A stretch of 63,998 nt of DNA, the filler included, from Circinaria calcarea (lineage: Eukaryota), in NCBI GenBank assembly GCA_051942165.1. It is 8 parts of 8 records of this genome, joined end to end, with 100 filler letters (N's around TTAATTAATTAA, not from the genome) between each part and the next. Parts side by side here need not be neighbours in the genome. Positions count along the whole stretch, not along the records: positions 56,569 to 63,998 come from JAVECS010001329.1; 7 more parts are not named here. One strand, written 5' to 3'. Positions within the stretch are counted from its first letter, which is position 1, and each line of letters starts with the position of its first letter. Under the pieces are notes generated by a model. It saw only the letters and a program-made list of their open reading frames with translations, was not told where the DNA came from and searched no databases. Below, piece after piece: positions 62,090 to 63,998 of the stretch. The position numbers and the translations under genes were made by a program.

Positions 62090-62896
62090 CTATCTCAACC
62101 ACCGTGCGCTCTTAACACCAGCCGCAGGACGAGCCGGAAGAGGATTTGATGCATTCCGCTTCAGCCAACAGTTGACCATATTATTAAACCTCCACGTGAC
62201 ACCCATACATGTAGGGGAGAGATTATACTGATTGTACGCCACGCACTGGTCGATGCATTACTCGAGGGTTTCGGTGGGGAGATTCTGAATGTCGTTTTCG
62301 GTGTTCTCACGACTTAAGGAACCGAGATCGACCAGACAGAGAACTTGGTATTTATCGGTGCCATTACCGGCTGGGGACGTATATTCGGAGTTGTTTATAT
62401 CTGGACAGTTTGTCTTGAGTGGACCTTTTGGAGGTAGAGAAGTGATAGATGTTGATATTGCTATAGGGGCGGTGGATACGGATAATGACATTATAGTTGA
62501 AGCCGTTAACGTGGGTGATATGCCTGTTGTATTGCTATTTTGCTGTTAGCTGTAACACCATTTTTGTTTCTTGCCACGGTGACGGTACCTATCGCTGGAC
62601 TTTTTCGTGGCCTTCGAGCCTCCGACTCCTCCGCCAATAGCTCCAGCCACCAAGATTAATAAAATTAGTGCGACTATAATCCAAAATATATTTCTACGCA
62701 GCCCACATGTTCTTTGCTGGTGTTTCGTTTTTAGAATCGGTTCATGGATAGCGGTGGCATTTGTGCCTTTCAAATCATGATCAGGTTGGTACTCTCCCGG
62801 TTCGACGATTGCCTCTAGGTGTGACGAGTTTATAAACTCTGGAAACGCTGGAGGGTATGCTGCTTGTAGACCATCATCTTGTTTTATAGTGTCCAT
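62090..62896 (-). pseudogene. Single-pass membrane protein with PAN/apple-like Cys domain, disrupted
   Basis: CGLRRNIFWIIV..GAIGGGVGG anchor; LE*CIDQC has an in-frame stop at 62258-62260; CMGVTW..CWLK continues in another frame. Confidence 0.6.
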
Positions 62897-63343
62897 GTAG
62901 TTAAGGGAGAGTGGTATGGGCAGTCGTCGCTGTTACTGACATTGGTCAACCAACGGCTTCGGTACCTTCAAGGCTAGACTATCTGTTGATTCGACTGAGC
63001 TAAGACGAAGCCAGTTCCAAGTCTCACGCACAGTTCAGGGCTTCAGGAGTATTGGAGCACCGTGCGCTTATACTGCAATCCGCAACAGTTCAATTGGCCA
63101 ACACTTCCGCCAGTATGCAATGATTCAATCTTCCAATGTTCAAGCTCTGCATCTTTCTGCATGGATTACGAACCAATAACATCAAAACACCGCCATTACG
63201 AGAAGTCTGTACCCGTTATGTTGACATGAATAGGAAATTGTATTATATGGAATTCCAACCAATTTCCCAGCCGCGGGAATTCTGTATGTACCAGGTCTAT
63301 ACTCTCATATCAAAACAAGAGATCAAAGAATGATAGGACAGTA

Positions 63344-63485
63344 CAGAGTACAGACAGCTCGGGCTAGAATACACCCGGGTGGTATATTACTGCACGGACC
63401 GTTTTGTTGTGTGAACACAGGGATCAGAGTCAGTATTAATCATAATAGGCACCTGTATATTCTAGCCCGAGCTGTCTGTACTCTG
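63344..63485. mobile_element. MITE (Tc1/mariner-type, TA-flanked), 142 bp
   Basis: Perfect 28-bp terminal inverted repeats CAGAGTACAGACAGCTCGGGCTAGAATA with TA on both sides. Confidence 0.9.
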
Positions 63486-63752
63486 TATTCTGGGAATAGT
63501 AAATGCAGCTGCAGGAGGGCGTTGAGATGTCGAAACCAATCTTGAAACTAAGGGGTACGCATATGGAAACCAGCCGCCCGCGGCTATTACTTTGCCGGGC
63601 GGCCCGAACTCCAAAACGGGCAAGTGCTATGACATCATAGCAAGCATGGCTCGAATGGAGCATCTTTTACATGGCAGTAACTTCGAGTGAAGCTGGATTG
63701 ATGCAGCATGGAGAACATGTCCCATCGATGGTGATCTTCGGTGTCTATCCCA

Positions 63753-63998
63753 ATGTCTCCTCCCCTTACCGGCGCGCGCATTATTGCGCAGTCTCTCCAC
63801 GATCTTGGCGTCACTGTCCTCTTCGGCATCGTTGGCATACCAGTTGTTGAGATCGCAGAGGAAGCAATCAACCTGGGCATTAGGTTCATCGGCTTCAGGA
63901 ACGAGCAGGCTGCTAGCTATGCGGCGAGCGCATATGGCTACTTGACGGGCAGGCCGGGAGTTTGCTTGGTAGTCGGGGGCCCGGGGGTCTTGCATGCC
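63753..63998 (+). CDS. 2-hydroxyacyl-CoA lyase (TPP enzyme), N-terminal part
   Basis: [82 protein letters not shown]. Confidence 0.9.
   Translation, partial: MSPPLTGARIIAQSLHDLGVTVLFGIVGIPVVEIAEEAINLGIRFIGFRNEQAASYAASAYGYLTGRPGVCLVVGGPGVLHA

Noticed and set aside
19372..63998. PhyH dioxygenase plus 2-hydroxyacyl-CoA lyase as an alpha-oxidation cluster; likewise the three BTB and two PTH11-like genes as one cluster
   Set aside because: They lie on different, unlinked contigs; only the two BTB genes at 33.5-36.7 kb are truly adjacent.

Overview
Intron-containing filamentous ascomycete (Pezizomycotina) DNA. The window is not contiguous. It is eight unrelated ~8 kb contigs joined by an artificial 100-bp linker (44 N + TTAATTAATTAA + 44 N) and sorted by decreasing length (7988, 7987, 7984, 7981, 7979, 7975, 7974 bp, last one cut off), so gene neighbourhood is only meaningful inside a contig. 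Conserved genes include a GH63-like glucosidase, ATP5, MOB1, RGP1-like, RSC9, a probable REC114, WDR70-like, SEC72, MET1, deoxyribose-phosphate aldolase, a SelK-like protein, a SPOUT methyltransferase, a Pra1/Aspf2 zincophore and 2-hydroxyacyl-CoA lyase. Accessory content includes three BTB/POZ genes, an RBR E3 ligase, two PTH11-like receptors, an ankyrin-ZZ protein, a PhyH dioxygenase, three ~220-bp LTR-like repeats and two TA-flanked MITEs. The most unusual object is in a decayed island at 45.7-47.8 kb: a P-loop NTPase frame running in frame into a strongly diverged type IB topoisomerase paralogue. That paralogue lacks the linker domain, has Cys at the catalytic Tyr position, keeps a spliceosomal intron, and is now broken by RIP-type stop codons. 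All family assignments are from motif recognition by eye; no searches were run.
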